A stretch of 64,000 bases of DNA from Opitutales bacterium (GCA_965197745.1 CBDANS010000005.1:96001-160000), one strand, 5' to 3'. Shown: positions 21,111-31,080, numbered from the stretch's first letter. The notes: a model not told the origin generated them from the letters alone. A program made the numbers and translations.

Positions 21111-23054
21111 ATGAGTGAAAATATAAAGCATGAATGCGGTATCGCGCTGGTCAGGCTTCTGAAGCCGCTTCAATACTTTGAGCATAAATACGGGACGCCG
21201 CTCTATGGCTTTAACAAGCTGTTCCTTTTGATGGAAAAGCAGCATAACCGCGGGCAGGACGGGGCCGGAATTGGTGCGGTAAAACTTAATGTCATTCCAG
21301 GGCAGCCCTATATGTTTCGTGAGCGGGAAGAGAATTCCAATTCACTTGATATGATATTTTCCCGTTTGCTGGAACGCTATGATCACCTTGTTCGTGAGAG
21401 TATTATAATTCCAGAATTCCCACAGACGATAAAAGAACACTTTGATTTTGGGGCAGAAGCCCTTATCGGGCACCTCCGCTACGGTACTTCGGGTAGTTAT
21501 AGCATGGAAAGCCTTCATCCCTACATCCGTCGCAGTAACTGGCCGACAAAAAACCTGATGGTGGTCGGCAATTTTACGATGACGAATACTAAAATGCTCA
21601 ATGACAGTCTCATTGAACGGGGACAGCATCCAATTTTTGATACGGATACGCAGACGATCCTCGAGGAGATAGGATTTTATCTTGATGAAGAGCACACAAG
21701 AATTTACCGCGAGATGCGTGATTCCGGAACGGAGGGGAAAGATATCCCCAATATAATAAGTGGGGATCTTGATGTTGCTAAAATATTGAGCCAGGCAGCT
21801 CGACTTTGGGATGGAGGTTATACTATTGCCGGTCTCATCGGCAATGGCGATGCCTTTGTGATGCGTGATCCCCATGGTATTCGCCCCTGTTATTATTTTA
21901 AGAATGAAGAAATAATTGCATTTGCTTCAGAACGGGTGCCGCTGATGACCGTATTTGAGCAATCGGAGGAAGCTATTCATGAAGCCCCGCCCGGGCACGT
22001 TATAGTTATAAAAAGCAATGGAGACAGTTATGAATCTCCCTTTTCTGAACCTAAGAAGAAGCTATCCTGCTCTTTTGAACGCATTTATTTCAGTCGTGGC
22101 AATGATCCTGAAATTTATCTTGAACGCAAAGCATTGGGCGCAGCGCTCAGCGCTCAGATAATGAACGAGATTGATGATGAACTTGAGAACACCGTGTTCA
22201 GTTATATTCCCAACACCGCAGAAACTGCCTATTATGGACTTATGGATGAGCTTCACAATAGACGCAGGCATGAAGTTAGATCAGCTATTTTAGAAGCGAA
22301 AACATTAGAGAATTTAGACGAATCACTGCTCGATAAACTGATAATGAAAAATTGGCCGCGAGGAGAGAAGATCGCTCATAAAGATATAAAATTGCGCACC
22401 TTTATCAGTCAGGAAACGGGAAGAAACCAGTTGGTTTCGCATGTCTATGACGTCACCTACGGGATCGTTAAACCCGATGATAATTTAGTATGTCTGGAAG
22501 ACTCTATTGTGCGAGGGACTACGCTGAAGCAATCGATTATAAAAATATTATCACGAACAAATCCCAAAAAGATTGTCATAGCGTCCACAGCCCCACAGAT
22601 CCGTTATCCAGACTGCTATGGCATCGATATGTCGGAGTTGAGCAAATTTATAGCTTTTCAGGCGACCATTGAACTCCTCAAAGAACAGGGGAAGCATGAT
22701 CTCATCCTTGAAGTCTACCAGGATTGTATACGCCAGGCCAATGAGTCACCGGAAAAAATAAAAAACCACGTCCGGCGTATTTATGAACCCTATACCGCGG
22801 ATGAAATTTCAGGGAAAATCGCAGAGTTGATCAAATCTAAAGACCTTGAGTGGAAGGGCGAGGTCACCGTTATTTTTCAGAAGATTGAAAACCTGCACAA
22901 ATCTATACCCGAACATAAGGGCGACTGGTATTTTACCGGTAATTATCCCACACCGGGTGGCAATTATGTTCTCAACCAGGCCTATATCAATTTTTATGAA
23001 AATAATAGAGGACGCAGTTATGATATCCCGAATAGAGTAAGCGGTAATGAGTAA
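21111..23054 (+). CDS. purF: Amidophosphoribosyltransferase (long form)
   Basis: 'HECGIA', 'QHNRGQDGAG', 'HLRYGT', 'CSFERIYFSR', 'EDSIVRGTT', 'YGIDM'. Confidence 0.95.
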   Translation: MSENIKHECGIALVRLLKPLQYFEHKYGTPLYGFNKLFLLMEKQHNRGQDGAGIGAVKLNVIPGQPYMFREREENSNSLDMIFSRLLERYDHLVRESIIIPEFPQTIKEHFDFGAEALIGHLRYGTSGSYSMESLHPYIRRSNWPTKNLMVVGNFTMTNTKMLNDSLIERGQHPIFDTDTQTILEEIGFYLDEEHTRIYREMRDSGTEGKDIPNIISGDLDVAKILSQAARLWDGGYTIAGLIGNGDAFVMRDPHGIRPCYYFKNEEIIAFASERVPLMTVFEQSEEAIHEAPPGHVIVIKSNGDSYESPFSEPKKKLSCSFERIYFSRGNDPEIYLERKALGAALSAQIMNEIDDELENTVFSYIPNTAETAYYGLMDELHNRRRHEVRSAILEAKTLENLDESLLDKLIMKNWPRGEKIAHKDIKLRTFISQETGRNQLVSHVYDVTYGIVKPDDNLVCLEDSIVRGTTLKQSIIKILSRTNPKKIVIASTAPQIRYPDCYGIDMSELSKFIAFQATIELLKEQGKHDLILEVYQDCIRQANESPEKIKNHVRRIYEPYTADEISGKIAELIKSKDLEWKGEVTVIFQKIENLHKSIPEHKGDWYFTGNYPTPGGNYVLNQAYINFYENNRGRSYDIPNRVSGNE

Positions 23055-24117
23055 AAAAAAAGCGTACGCCAAAGCAGGCGTGGATATCGATTTAAAAGAC
23101 CGATTGCTGAAATCAGTCAAAAGTGACAGCAAGAGAGCGTCACGACCGGAAGTGCTAGGCGCTGTGGGTGGATTTGGAGGCCTCTTTGATTTATCCAAAT
23201 CGAAATATAAAACCCCGGTCCTCGTTAGCAGTACAGACTCTGTGGGCACGAAACTGAAAGTTGCGTTTATGACCGGTAAACACGAAGGGGTAGGGCATGA
23301 TATCGTCAATCACTGTGTCAATGACATTGCCGTAATGGGTGCAGAACCGCTCTTTTTCCTCGATTACTTTGGGACGGGAAAACTCGAGGAGAATGCTTAT
23401 CTGTCGGTAATGAGAGGGATTGTCAAAGCCTGTAAGGCTGCCAACTGTGCCTTGATCGGGGGTGAAACCTGTGAACTGGCCGGCTTTTACAATAAAGGTG
23501 AATATGATCTAGTTGGGACAATTGTCGGTATCGTGGAGAAGCATCGCATTCTTATCGGAAAGCCTATCCAACCGGGGGACCGGATAATCGGTCTGGCTTC
23601 GAACGGTTTACACACCAATGGTTATACCCTGGCCCGCAAAATTTTTTTTAATAAACTAAGATTAAAGCCCAAGGACTTAATGCCCGGCAGTCGCCAGAGT
23701 GTTGGGTCCGCTCTCTTAAAGCAGCATCTCAACTATGGCGGATTATTATTAGAACTTTATCGGAAATTTAACCGCGCGCTCCATTCAACCCAACGAAAAG
23801 GAAATGCTGTATTAGGAGCCATTCATATAACGGGAGGCGGATTCACTGGAAATATACCCCGAGTACTCCCCTATCATTGTGATGCGGTAGTAAACACAAA
23901 ATCCTGGCCGAGACCGTCCATTTTTAAATCACTGGCAGAATACGGAAATATTAATTACAAGGAATTATTCGAAGTTTTTAATATGGGAATAGGTGTGGCT
24001 TTGGTGGTTGTTCCGGAAGCCGCTGAGATGGTGATAAAGTACTGTCAGCAGAAAAAGCAAAAAGCCTGCTTGATAGGTGAAATCATCACGGGACAGGGTA
24101 AGGTAATTCTCAAATAG
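23047..24117 (+). CDS. purM: AIR synthase
   Basis: 'YAKAGVDID', 'STDSVGTKL', 'AEPLFFLDY', 'SNGLHTNGY', 'HITGGG', 'FNMGIG'. Confidence 0.97.
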   Translation: MSKKKAYAKAGVDIDLKDRLLKSVKSDSKRASRPEVLGAVGGFGGLFDLSKSKYKTPVLVSSTDSVGTKLKVAFMTGKHEGVGHDIVNHCVNDIAVMGAEPLFFLDYFGTGKLEENAYLSVMRGIVKACKAANCALIGGETCELAGFYNKGEYDLVGTIVGIVEKHRILIGKPIQPGDRIIGLASNGLHTNGYTLARKIFFNKLRLKPKDLMPGSRQSVGSALLKQHLNYGGLLLELYRKFNRALHSTQRKGNAVLGAIHITGGGFTGNIPRVLPYHCDAVVNTKSWPRPSIFKSLAEYGNINYKELFEVFNMGIGVALVVVPEAAEMVIKYCQQKKQKACLIGEIITGQGKVILK

Positions 24118-24217
24118 GATACTCCCAAGTTTTGGTGTTGGATAATGCTCTAAAAGTAGCTTAAATCTTTTCACCGCAATAATATGTGACTGATAAGAGC
24201 CTGATTCAGAGATTTTG

Positions 24218-24246
24218 TTGACATTGCCAATCGATCTTCACATACC
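24218..24246 (+). promoter_or_regulatory. Putative sigma70 promoter of the HNH gene
   Basis: TTGACA-17 nt-CATACC, ending 11 nt before the ATG. Confidence 0.5.
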
Positions 24247-24257
24247 ACGATTTCACC

Positions 24258-24854
24258 ATGGAATTTACTTTATCCCAGCGCGTTCTTGTTTTAAACCGGC
24301 TTTGGCAGGCAGTAAATATCGTAGGTGTCAAGCGGGCATTCGCATTACTCTTTCAAGACAACGCTAAGGTAATTCATTCCACCGATGATGATTTCCATGT
24401 TTTAAAGTCTGATGAATGGATTGATTATTCCGTGGCTCACCCGCCAAAGGATGATTGCGAATGTGTAAATACTGTGTATTATAAAATCCGCATTCCCAGT
24501 ATCCTCATTCTGAATTATTACGATCGATTACCTATGAAGGAGGTTAAATTTACCCGTCAAAACCTGTTTGAGCGGGATAAGCATACCTGCCAATATTGCG
24601 GGCGCGGTTTTTCTCATCGCGATTTAAATTTAGATCATGTCATCCCCCGGGATCGTGGCGGTAAAACCAGTTGGGAAAACATCGTTACTTCCTGTCTTCG
24701 TTGTAATACCCGTAAGGGTAATCGGCTTCCACACGAAGCGGGTCTCCGATTAAGAGGAAAGCCTATACGGCCTAAATGGAGACCCTTTATCAGCTTTGTC
24801 ATCGGTCCTGAATTTGACGAGAGCTGGCAGCATTTTCTCAAGGCCACCAATTGA
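24258..24854 (+). CDS. HNH endonuclease (McrA/HNH_5-like, 'VLVLN' N-terminal family)
   Basis: 'RDKHTCQYCG', 'LNLDHVIPR..GG', 'WENIVTSC..CN..KG'. Confidence 0.92.
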   Translation: MEFTLSQRVLVLNRLWQAVNIVGVKRAFALLFQDNAKVIHSTDDDFHVLKSDEWIDYSVAHPPKDDCECVNTVYYKIRIPSILILNYYDRLPMKEVKFTRQNLFERDKHTCQYCGRGFSHRDLNLDHVIPRDRGGKTSWENIVTSCLRCNTRKGNRLPHEAGLRLRGKPIRPKWRPFISFVIGPEFDESWQHFLKATN

Positions 24855-24890
24855 CAGGTTATTTTCGCTACTCGATTGATACCTGTTTAC

Positions 24891-25050
24891 GGGGTGTCCT
24901 GAATAGCCTCTATAGAGATGGGGGAGTTGAAAGTGATATTACTATTCCCCGTTATCCCTGCCATGCAACCCGGAACTCATTCGGTGAGATCAATTAAGAG
25001 CGATTCGTTTCCTATAGATGAAGCGAGGCCGGAGTAAGTCTTTTTACCCC
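24891..25050. ncRNA. Candidate structured RNA, family unassigned
   Basis: Nested complementarities GGGGTG/TACCCC, TCC/GGA, GCCTC/GAGGC, TCTATAG/CTATAGA enclose hairpins GGGGAGT/ATTCCCC and CTCAT/GTGAG; no ORF; strand not determined (G-U pairs favour +). Confidence 0.5.
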
Positions 25051-25176
25051 AGGGAATGTTTATCGCTGTTTTTCAGCCACTGAAACTTGAATCTTTTAGG
25101 ATAATGGCGTTAGTTAAGTATGCCTTTGAAGCTTTAGGTTGAATGGTTTAATTTAAACGTTGAAAACGATTTCTCT

Positions 25177-25407
25177 ATGACAAAAAAAACAATGCAGAAC
25201 AAAGGAATCAGCAGAATTGACTCTGGATCCACGCATGGTTGGTTTGTGAGAGGCTATAAAAACAGGAAGACCTATTCAAAACTGTTCAGCGATCTGAAAT
25301 GTGGAGGTAAGCGAAAAGCGCTGCTGCTGGCGCGTCGTTATCGAGATCAGCTGTTAAAGAAAATTGAAAAAATTCCTGTCAAAGTGAAGCGTCGACGATC
25401 GGGTTAA
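25177..25407 (+). CDS. Small basic AP2-like DNA-binding domain protein
   Basis: 'KGISRID...HGWFVR....KTYSKLFSD...GG.RKALLLARRYRD' fits the three-strand plus helix AP2 pattern. Confidence 0.7.
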   Translation: MTKKTMQNKGISRIDSGSTHGWFVRGYKNRKTYSKLFSDLKCGGKRKALLLARRYRDQLLKKIEKIPVKVKRRRSG

Positions 25408-25525
25408 TTGCTCTCGTAATATTTCTTGATACATTCTCCAGCCGCTTATGATAAGGGGTGAAGGAATACTATTTGAAACAGAACAAATCTGTATTGAATG
25501 GGCAGTTTGGTTTTGTTGATGAAAG

Positions 25526-26266
25526 TTATTTGAGTTGAGATGCGGCAGCCATGGCAGCCCCTATAATTCCAGCCTTGTTGCGATATTGAGCGGTTATTAT
25601 GGGGATTTTTATTTTCATATAAGGCATATATTTATCAGGGTTTTCGGCACCTCCCCCTCCAATAATGAAGAGTTTCGGTGAAAACAAGGTATCTAAGTAG
25701 TGAAGGTAGTAATCGAATAATTGGGCCCATTCTTTCCAGGATATATTTTCACGTTCGCGCGAAACGGAAGAAATCGATTTCTCGGCAATTTCACCATTGA
25801 TAATGATCAGGCCAAACTCCGTGTTGGGTAATAAATACCCATCAGTGAATAGTGCCGAGCCTATGCCCGTGCCGATGGTTAAAACAATCACTACGCCTCT
25901 TTGATTCTGACCTGCTCCCATTGTCATTTCTGCAATACCTGCGGCATCGGCATCATTGACAATCCAGGCTGTCTCACCTGTTTTTTCATTAATTTTCTGC
26001 GCCAGGTTAATACCAATCCAGCTTTTATCGAAATTAGTCGCCGTATAGGTTACATTCTGTCTTACCACTCCAGGATATCCACAACCTATAGGTCCTTTCC
26101 ATTGAAAATGATCAGCAATGTCACTGATTATGTCGACGATCGGGGCAGGTTTTAGCGATGAAGGTGTAGGAACAAGATGAGGCTTTTCCAATAATTCACC
26201 CGTATCTGTATTTACGATGGATCCTTTGATCCTCGTCCCGCCAATATCAATTCCCAGCACCTTCAT
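25526..26266 (-). CDS. ppgK: ROK-family polyphosphate glucokinase
   Basis: 'GIDIGGTRIKG', 'NDADAAGIAE', 'TIGTGIGSALF', 'LPNTEFG', 'AGIIGAA'. Confidence 0.85.
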   Translation of the reverse strand: MKVLGIDIGGTRIKGSIVNTDTGELLEKPHLVPTPSSLKPAPIVDIISDIADHFQWKGPIGCGYPGVVRQNVTYTATNFDKSWIGINLAQKINEKTGETAWIVNDADAAGIAEMTMGAGQNQRGVVIVLTIGTGIGSALFTDGYLLPNTEFGLIIINGEIAEKSISSVSRERENISWKEWAQLFDYYLHYLDTLFSPKLFIIGGGGAENPDKYMPYMKIKIPIITAQYRNKAGIIGAAMAAASQLK

Positions 26267-26309
26267 TCAACGCAGACCATCAATAATTATTAAAAGAATA
26301 GAATAACAT

Positions 26310-26996
26310 TCATGACGCAGTATTTTCGTCCCCGTCTGTATTCTTCGGTTTGCCTGTTTCTTTTTTCTTCGATTTTACCGCGGATGCTGCCTTCCGTTTC
26401 AATTCTTCTAACTCAGCAATATGGACGTAAATTTCGCGACTGATCCAGGCGTCTGTCGCCGCGTATTTTATTTGGGTTTCGCTTAATTTTTTGCGGTTCC
26501 AATTAGTAATCTGGGCTCCTTTGGATATCCTGAGCTTTAGGACAATAGCGGCGAGACTACGAAGTCCCGTGTTCACGATGCCCAGATTTTGGGTGATTTC
26601 ACTGATTTCTATAATGCCGGCAGGTTTGAAAGTATCGATCTCATTGAGCTTGCGAATATCATCATGAATAGCGACTCCCGCCTTGATGATGTTTGGATTG
26701 GATAACAATGAGGTAAGAGACTTAAGCCCGTTTAATGCTCTTAATTGAAAAAGATAAACTGTTTTTGCTCCAGCCAGCTGGAGAAGGGCTGGTGAAAAGT
26801 ATTCTCCCTTGCGAAATGTGGGTTTGGTTTCAGTATCCAATCCAAGGATGGTTTCTTTTTTCAATGCAGCAACCGCCGCTTTTGCTTCTTTAGGATCGCT
26901 GATAAATTGGATTGGCCCATTAAAGCGACTTAATGGAAGATGATTAATCGCTTCTTTAGTTATGCTCGTAGGTAAACTGTAATTATTTTTATCCAT
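26310..26996 (-). CDS. DEDDy 3'-5' exonuclease (RNase D/WRN-like)
   Basis: 'GLDTET', 'LLQLA', 'NW....LSETQIKYAATDAW'; start at MDKNNY (26996) avoids a long overlap with the upstream gene. Confidence 0.88.
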   Translation of the reverse strand: MDKNNYSLPTSITKEAINHLPLSRFNGPIQFISDPKEAKAAVAALKKETILGLDTETKPTFRKGEYFSPALLQLAGAKTVYLFQLRALNGLKSLTSLLSNPNIIKAGVAIHDDIRKLNEIDTFKPAGIIEISEITQNLGIVNTGLRSLAAIVLKLRISKGAQITNWNRKKLSETQIKYAATDAWISREIYVHIAELEELKRKAASAVKSKKKETGKPKNTDGDENTAS

Positions 26997-27015
26997 CTTG
27001 ACTGCCCATAGATTG

Positions 27016-27999
27016 CTAAATTTCCAGTTCAAGCCCATCATAGGCCAGCGATATCGTGGGTAGAGTGTGATCATTGTTTTCATTGGCCTGTGATTTTCCA
27101 TACATTTCACTATAAGCCCTGGTATTTGTATGAAACACGTCCAGATCCTCGTCACTCGCCGTAGGTTCGCTGTGGAAGAGACAGAGATGTTTTACATTCG
27201 ATCGCATGGCAAGTTCAACGCCAAGAATATTGCTTGAATGACCCCAGTCAGCCTTGTTGAAGGCGGCATCCGACAGTGAATATTGAGCGTCAAAGATGAC
27301 TAAATCGGCATCCTTAAAAAATTCTATGAATCGATAGTCTTCTAGAGAAGCATCCTCTTTGTGCTCGGAGTCTGTCGAGTAGACTACGGATTTACCATTT
27401 TTTGAAAATCGGAAGCCATAAGAAGTCCCCGGATGATTTTGTTCTATAGCAGTTATTTCAAATCCTCCCACACTAAAGGGTTCACAGGGCGACTTAATAT
27501 CAAACTCAATACTGGCAGCCACACTGTCGTAAGGCACTGGAAAAGTCGGCGCCGACATCTGGTATTTAAATACTTCGGGTATGGTCTCGTGATATCCATG
27601 AATAATTATACGGTTGCCCGGTATATATATTGGAGTGAAAAAAGGAAATCCTTGTATATGGTCCCAATGCAGATGGGTAATAAATATATGAAATGTGTTT
27701 CGCTTTCCTGATTTACCACTCTTAACAAATGATTCTGCGAAATCACGGATACCCGTTCCCGCATCTAATAGAATATATTCGCCTAATGGGTTTAACAATT
27801 CTACGCACAATGTATTACAGCCATAGGTGTTGCTTAACGAGAATGGTAATTTTTTTTCTATGAATTCATTTATCTCTCGATCGTTGCTCAGTGACTCTCC
27901 ACGGGCAGATTTGAGGATTTTTATAATTTTTCCTCTTAATTTATGAGAAGTAAATGATGTTGGTAAGGATCCGCGTGTTCCCCAAAAATATATTTTCAT
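27016..27999 (-). CDS. MBL-fold metallo-hydrolase ('WGTRGS' type)
   Basis: 'LDAGTG', 'THLHWDHIQG', 'STDSEH', 'WGHS', 'LFH'. Confidence 0.9.
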   Translation of the reverse strand: MKIYFWGTRGSLPTSFTSHKLRGKIIKILKSARGESLSNDREINEFIEKKLPFSLSNTYGCNTLCVELLNPLGEYILLDAGTGIRDFAESFVKSGKSGKRNTFHIFITHLHWDHIQGFPFFTPIYIPGNRIIIHGYHETIPEVFKYQMSAPTFPVPYDSVAASIEFDIKSPCEPFSVGGFEITAIEQNHPGTSYGFRFSKNGKSVVYSTDSEHKEDASLEDYRFIEFFKDADLVIFDAQYSLSDAAFNKADWGHSSNILGVELAMRSNVKHLCLFHSEPTASDEDLDVFHTNTRAYSEMYGKSQANENNDHTLPTISLAYDGLELEI

Positions 28000-28177
28000 T
28001 TTTGTGACAGATTACATTAAGCCCTTTGATTTGCATAAGCCAATCCTGAATAGATATAGATGCGAGACAAAATATGGTGTTTATTCCACTAAAAAATTAT
28101 TAATAATAGACTCTTATCATTTAAAATTGGCGTTTAAGCATACCTGCAACTGTCAGGGAAGGTATAAAAGCGGCAAA

Positions 28178-28903
28178 TCAATGCTTTTCGATAAAACGCC
28201 CGGGATAATCGGTTGTGAGCATAAATGCCCCAAGAGAAGCCCAGGATTGAGCTTCAAGAGTATTATTCACGGTCCATACTGATAAGAGCAGATTGGATAT
28301 ATTAACCTGATTGATCAATTTTTCATATTTCAGCCAGGCATTTGAGAGACCCAGCCCCGCAGCCCCTGCGGCCTGTGCATCATCAATTTTTCCGGAGAGC
28401 TCGCTAGAGGGATCGGAAATAGGATCTCTGACTAATAGTAGCGATTGAGAAGAGGGATGTTCGTTCATGAGCAGGCGCAGGGTCATGAGATCGAAGCTCA
28501 TCAACCAGATGTTTTTCTCCTGACACGCTGGGGATTCAAACACCGGCTTAATCGCTTGTACCATTTTGATACCGTCTTTAAGCTCTATGAGGAGAATTTT
28601 ATCAGTTGGCTGCCTGGACAATACCTCGTCAAATGTGGGGATTCTTTCACCTTCCCATTTCTTGCCTTTCCATTGTCCGACATCGTACAGGGAGAGCGAA
28701 CTAAGGGTCTGTTCACAAACCGATAGATCGCACCCTGTAATACGTTTCAAATCAGCATCATGAAAGGCGACGGGAATGCCATCAGCACTGAGTCGAAGAT
28801 CGATTTCGACTCCATCAGCATTCAAATCCCAGGCGCGACTAATAGCAGCAAGAGTATTTTCAGGAGCATCCCCAGAAGCACCACGATGAGCGATTATTTT
28901 CAT
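28178..28903 (-). CDS. Glycerophosphodiester phosphodiesterase
   Basis: 'IAHRGAS..APENTLAA', 'EID', 'HD', 'WTVN', 'TDYP'. Confidence 0.93.
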   Translation of the reverse strand: MKIIAHRGASGDAPENTLAAISRAWDLNADGVEIDLRLSADGIPVAFHDADLKRITGCDLSVCEQTLSSLSLYDVGQWKGKKWEGERIPTFDEVLSRQPTDKILLIELKDGIKMVQAIKPVFESPACQEKNIWLMSFDLMTLRLLMNEHPSSQSLLLVRDPISDPSSELSGKIDDAQAAGAAGLGLSNAWLKYEKLINQVNISNLLLSVWTVNNTLEAQSWASLGAFMLTTDYPGRFIEKH

Positions 28904-29046
28904 GAATACTTCTTCGACGACTCGTTCACCTATTTGGATATTAACGGTATTCTCTTATTTTCAAATAGAGCCATATGGATTCGAGCATTCACAAAGTTCC
29001 GGATGAACTTAATAGGACATGCCATGATGAGCGTATGATTATCAGA

Positions 29047-30015
29047 TTATTTTTCCAGGGCACTACTGATAATCTTCAGGCTTTTTATTCCCTCTTCAAG
29101 AGAACAGTTGGTCTCGGTGTTATCCGTTATAGCCCGAAGGAACTCCTCGTCCTCGCTGCGGAACATAAAATCTCTTTCCGTAGGAATAACTTCGTGTTCC
29201 CAATCATCATTTCCTCTCTCAAAAATCGAAACCGTGGACTGGTCCCAACTGCCGAATTCAACAGTAATAGTTCCCTTAGTCCCCATAAGTTCGGTCAATC
29301 GGGTGCGGGGGGTGCTGAAAAAATTCAGATAAACACTTGCCATGCATTTTTCACCAAAGCGTAAATTCAATTGAGCCATATCGGGCGCGGTAAAACCAAT
29401 ACCACCGTAGACTCCGTGCATTGCTTGAATTTCGGTTACGGGGTAGTCCGCAAACCAGCAGGCTAGATCAACCTCATGCGATAAATCGTAGGCGCCCAGT
29501 TCTTTGACCGTAAATAACGATTTATAATCAGGACGTGCTTCGGGTAAACTTTCGCTCATGCGACAGCAAATAGAAACTAATTTCCCTATACGACCTTTTT
29601 CAAGTAAAGCCTTAGCTTTTGTCAGTCCCTCATGATAACGGAAGCAGAGAGCAACCATATAAATTTTCCCACTGCGTTCAATGGATTGGGCCAGGTGATC
29701 GAGACCTTCAAGTGAATCGGACACGGGTTTCTCACTGAGAACATGAATACCGGCATTCAGGGCTTGAATAGCCATGGGGATGTGTTGTTTCGGGGGTGTT
29801 GCTATTAAAACCGTGTCGGGGTTTGAAGTGAGGCCCTTATCGTAAGAGCTGTAGGTTTCACTGACAGGGCCCTCATTAACGAGGCTTTTGATTTGCTCTT
29901 CGTAAGGATCGCAAACACGGATGTCTTTCAGTCCCAATGAGCGAAGGACGCGCGCGTGCCGTTTGCCGATTGAGCCGCAGCCGGCAATAAGAATACTTTT
30001 TTCTTTCCAGCCCAT
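29047..30015 (-). CDS. Gfo/Idh/MocA oxidoreductase
   Basis: 'GCGSIG', 'HVLSEKP', 'SHEVD'. Confidence 0.9.
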   Translation of the reverse strand: MGWKEKSILIAGCGSIGKRHARVLRSLGLKDIRVCDPYEEQIKSLVNEGPVSETYSSYDKGLTSNPDTVLIATPPKQHIPMAIQALNAGIHVLSEKPVSDSLEGLDHLAQSIERSGKIYMVALCFRYHEGLTKAKALLEKGRIGKLVSICCRMSESLPEARPDYKSLFTVKELGAYDLSHEVDLACWFADYPVTEIQAMHGVYGGIGFTAPDMAQLNLRFGEKCMASVYLNFFSTPRTRLTELMGTKGTITVEFGSWDQSTVSIFERGNDDWEHEVIPTERDFMFRSEDEEFLRAITDNTETNCSLEEGIKSLKIISSALEK

Positions 30016-30037
30016 TTAGCTAAGCGTGATAAAATGC

Positions 30038-30850
30038 TTATTTAAATATACTAAATCCACCGTCCACTACGAGGTTGTGTCCAGCGACATAGTCCAAAGC
30101 AGAAGAGGCGAGAAAAAGAGCGGCTCCTTTAAGGTCCATCCCCATACGGCCCATCCTCCCAAGCATCGTCCCGCTGCCAAAATCATTGACGAAGCTTTCC
30201 GGCAAATCCCCTTTGTCAAAACCGCCTGGCGATATGGCATTAACATAAACCCCCTTGGGAGCGAGCAGCCCCGCCAGATCCATAGTCATACCGATGACAC
30301 CCGCCTTGGCTGATGCGTAATCAACAGGCTGTTGTTCTTTATTATTACGTTCATACATACGACGGTCCCGACCGACAAGTCCACCTGCTGACGCGATATT
30401 GATAATTTTCCCACTCCCTTGTTCTGCCATGAAACGCCCTACCTCCTGGCAACAAAAGAGGGTGCCTATGAGATTCGTTGTAATCATCTGAATAATGTCA
30501 TCAGGCGATCGTTGGAATAGATAGCCGGTGCTTTTTCCACTCCCACCCCCTGCATTATTAATCAATATGTCTATATGGCCCTTCCACCCATGCGCTTTTT
30601 CGGCCATCGCTTTGACTTCGTCATGGCTACATTGATCCATGGTCAGAGCCAGTGTATCCACGCCATATTCTGCCCTGATTTTTCCCGTTGCTTTCTCCGC
30701 GCGATCTAGAGTGCGAGAAGTGATAATAATATCACTGCCATACTCTGCCAGGGTCGAAGCCATATCATAACCAAGCCATTCACTGCCCCCGGTAACAATG
30801 GCAACTTTACCATTTAATTTGAACATTTCACCAACTTTCATCTCACTCAT
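30038..30850 (-). CDS. Short-chain dehydrogenase/reductase
   Basis: 'VTGGS..LG', 'LINNAG', 'YASAK', 'VNAISPGG', 'VDGG'. Confidence 0.93.
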   Translation of the reverse strand: MSEMKVGEMFKLNGKVAIVTGGSEWLGYDMASTLAEYGSDIIITSRTLDRAEKATGKIRAEYGVDTLALTMDQCSHDEVKAMAEKAHGWKGHIDILINNAGGGSGKSTGYLFQRSPDDIIQMITTNLIGTLFCCQEVGRFMAEQGSGKIINIASAGGLVGRDRRMYERNNKEQQPVDYASAKAGVIGMTMDLAGLLAPKGVYVNAISPGGFDKGDLPESFVNDFGSGTMLGRMGRMGMDLKGAALFLASSALDYVAGHNLVVDGGFSIFK

Positions 30851-31080
30851 ATCTGTTTCCCTCCATTAAATAATATTTGATATAAATTGGGCCCTGTATG
30901 TAAAAATCAACCTTGGCCCCTTAAATACTCAGATAAGGAAAGCTTCTCAATTTAAAACGAAGACCCGCCACGGAGGTGCGGTTCCAGAATGTTAACTTCG
31001 ATAATCGAGGCAGGTGGGGAAAGAGGAGTAGAAGATAACGAGAATTTACTTCTTATCTTAATAGCTATCGCGGTAAATGC

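Noticed and set aside
24258..24854. HNH gene as IscB/Cas9-like or part of a CRISPR system
   Set aside because: Only 198 aa, no RuvC or PLMP motifs, and no repeat-spacer array in the window
24891..25050. TPP riboswitch, tmRNA or 5S rRNA identity for the structured element
   Set aside because: GGGGTG start and TGAGAT are present, but the TPP ACCTGA core, the tmRNA T-arm/CCA end and the 5S signature sequences are missing
26997..27155. N-terminal extension of the exonuclease ORF
   Set aside because: Overlaps the upstream MBL gene; the ATG at 26996 fits the domain start
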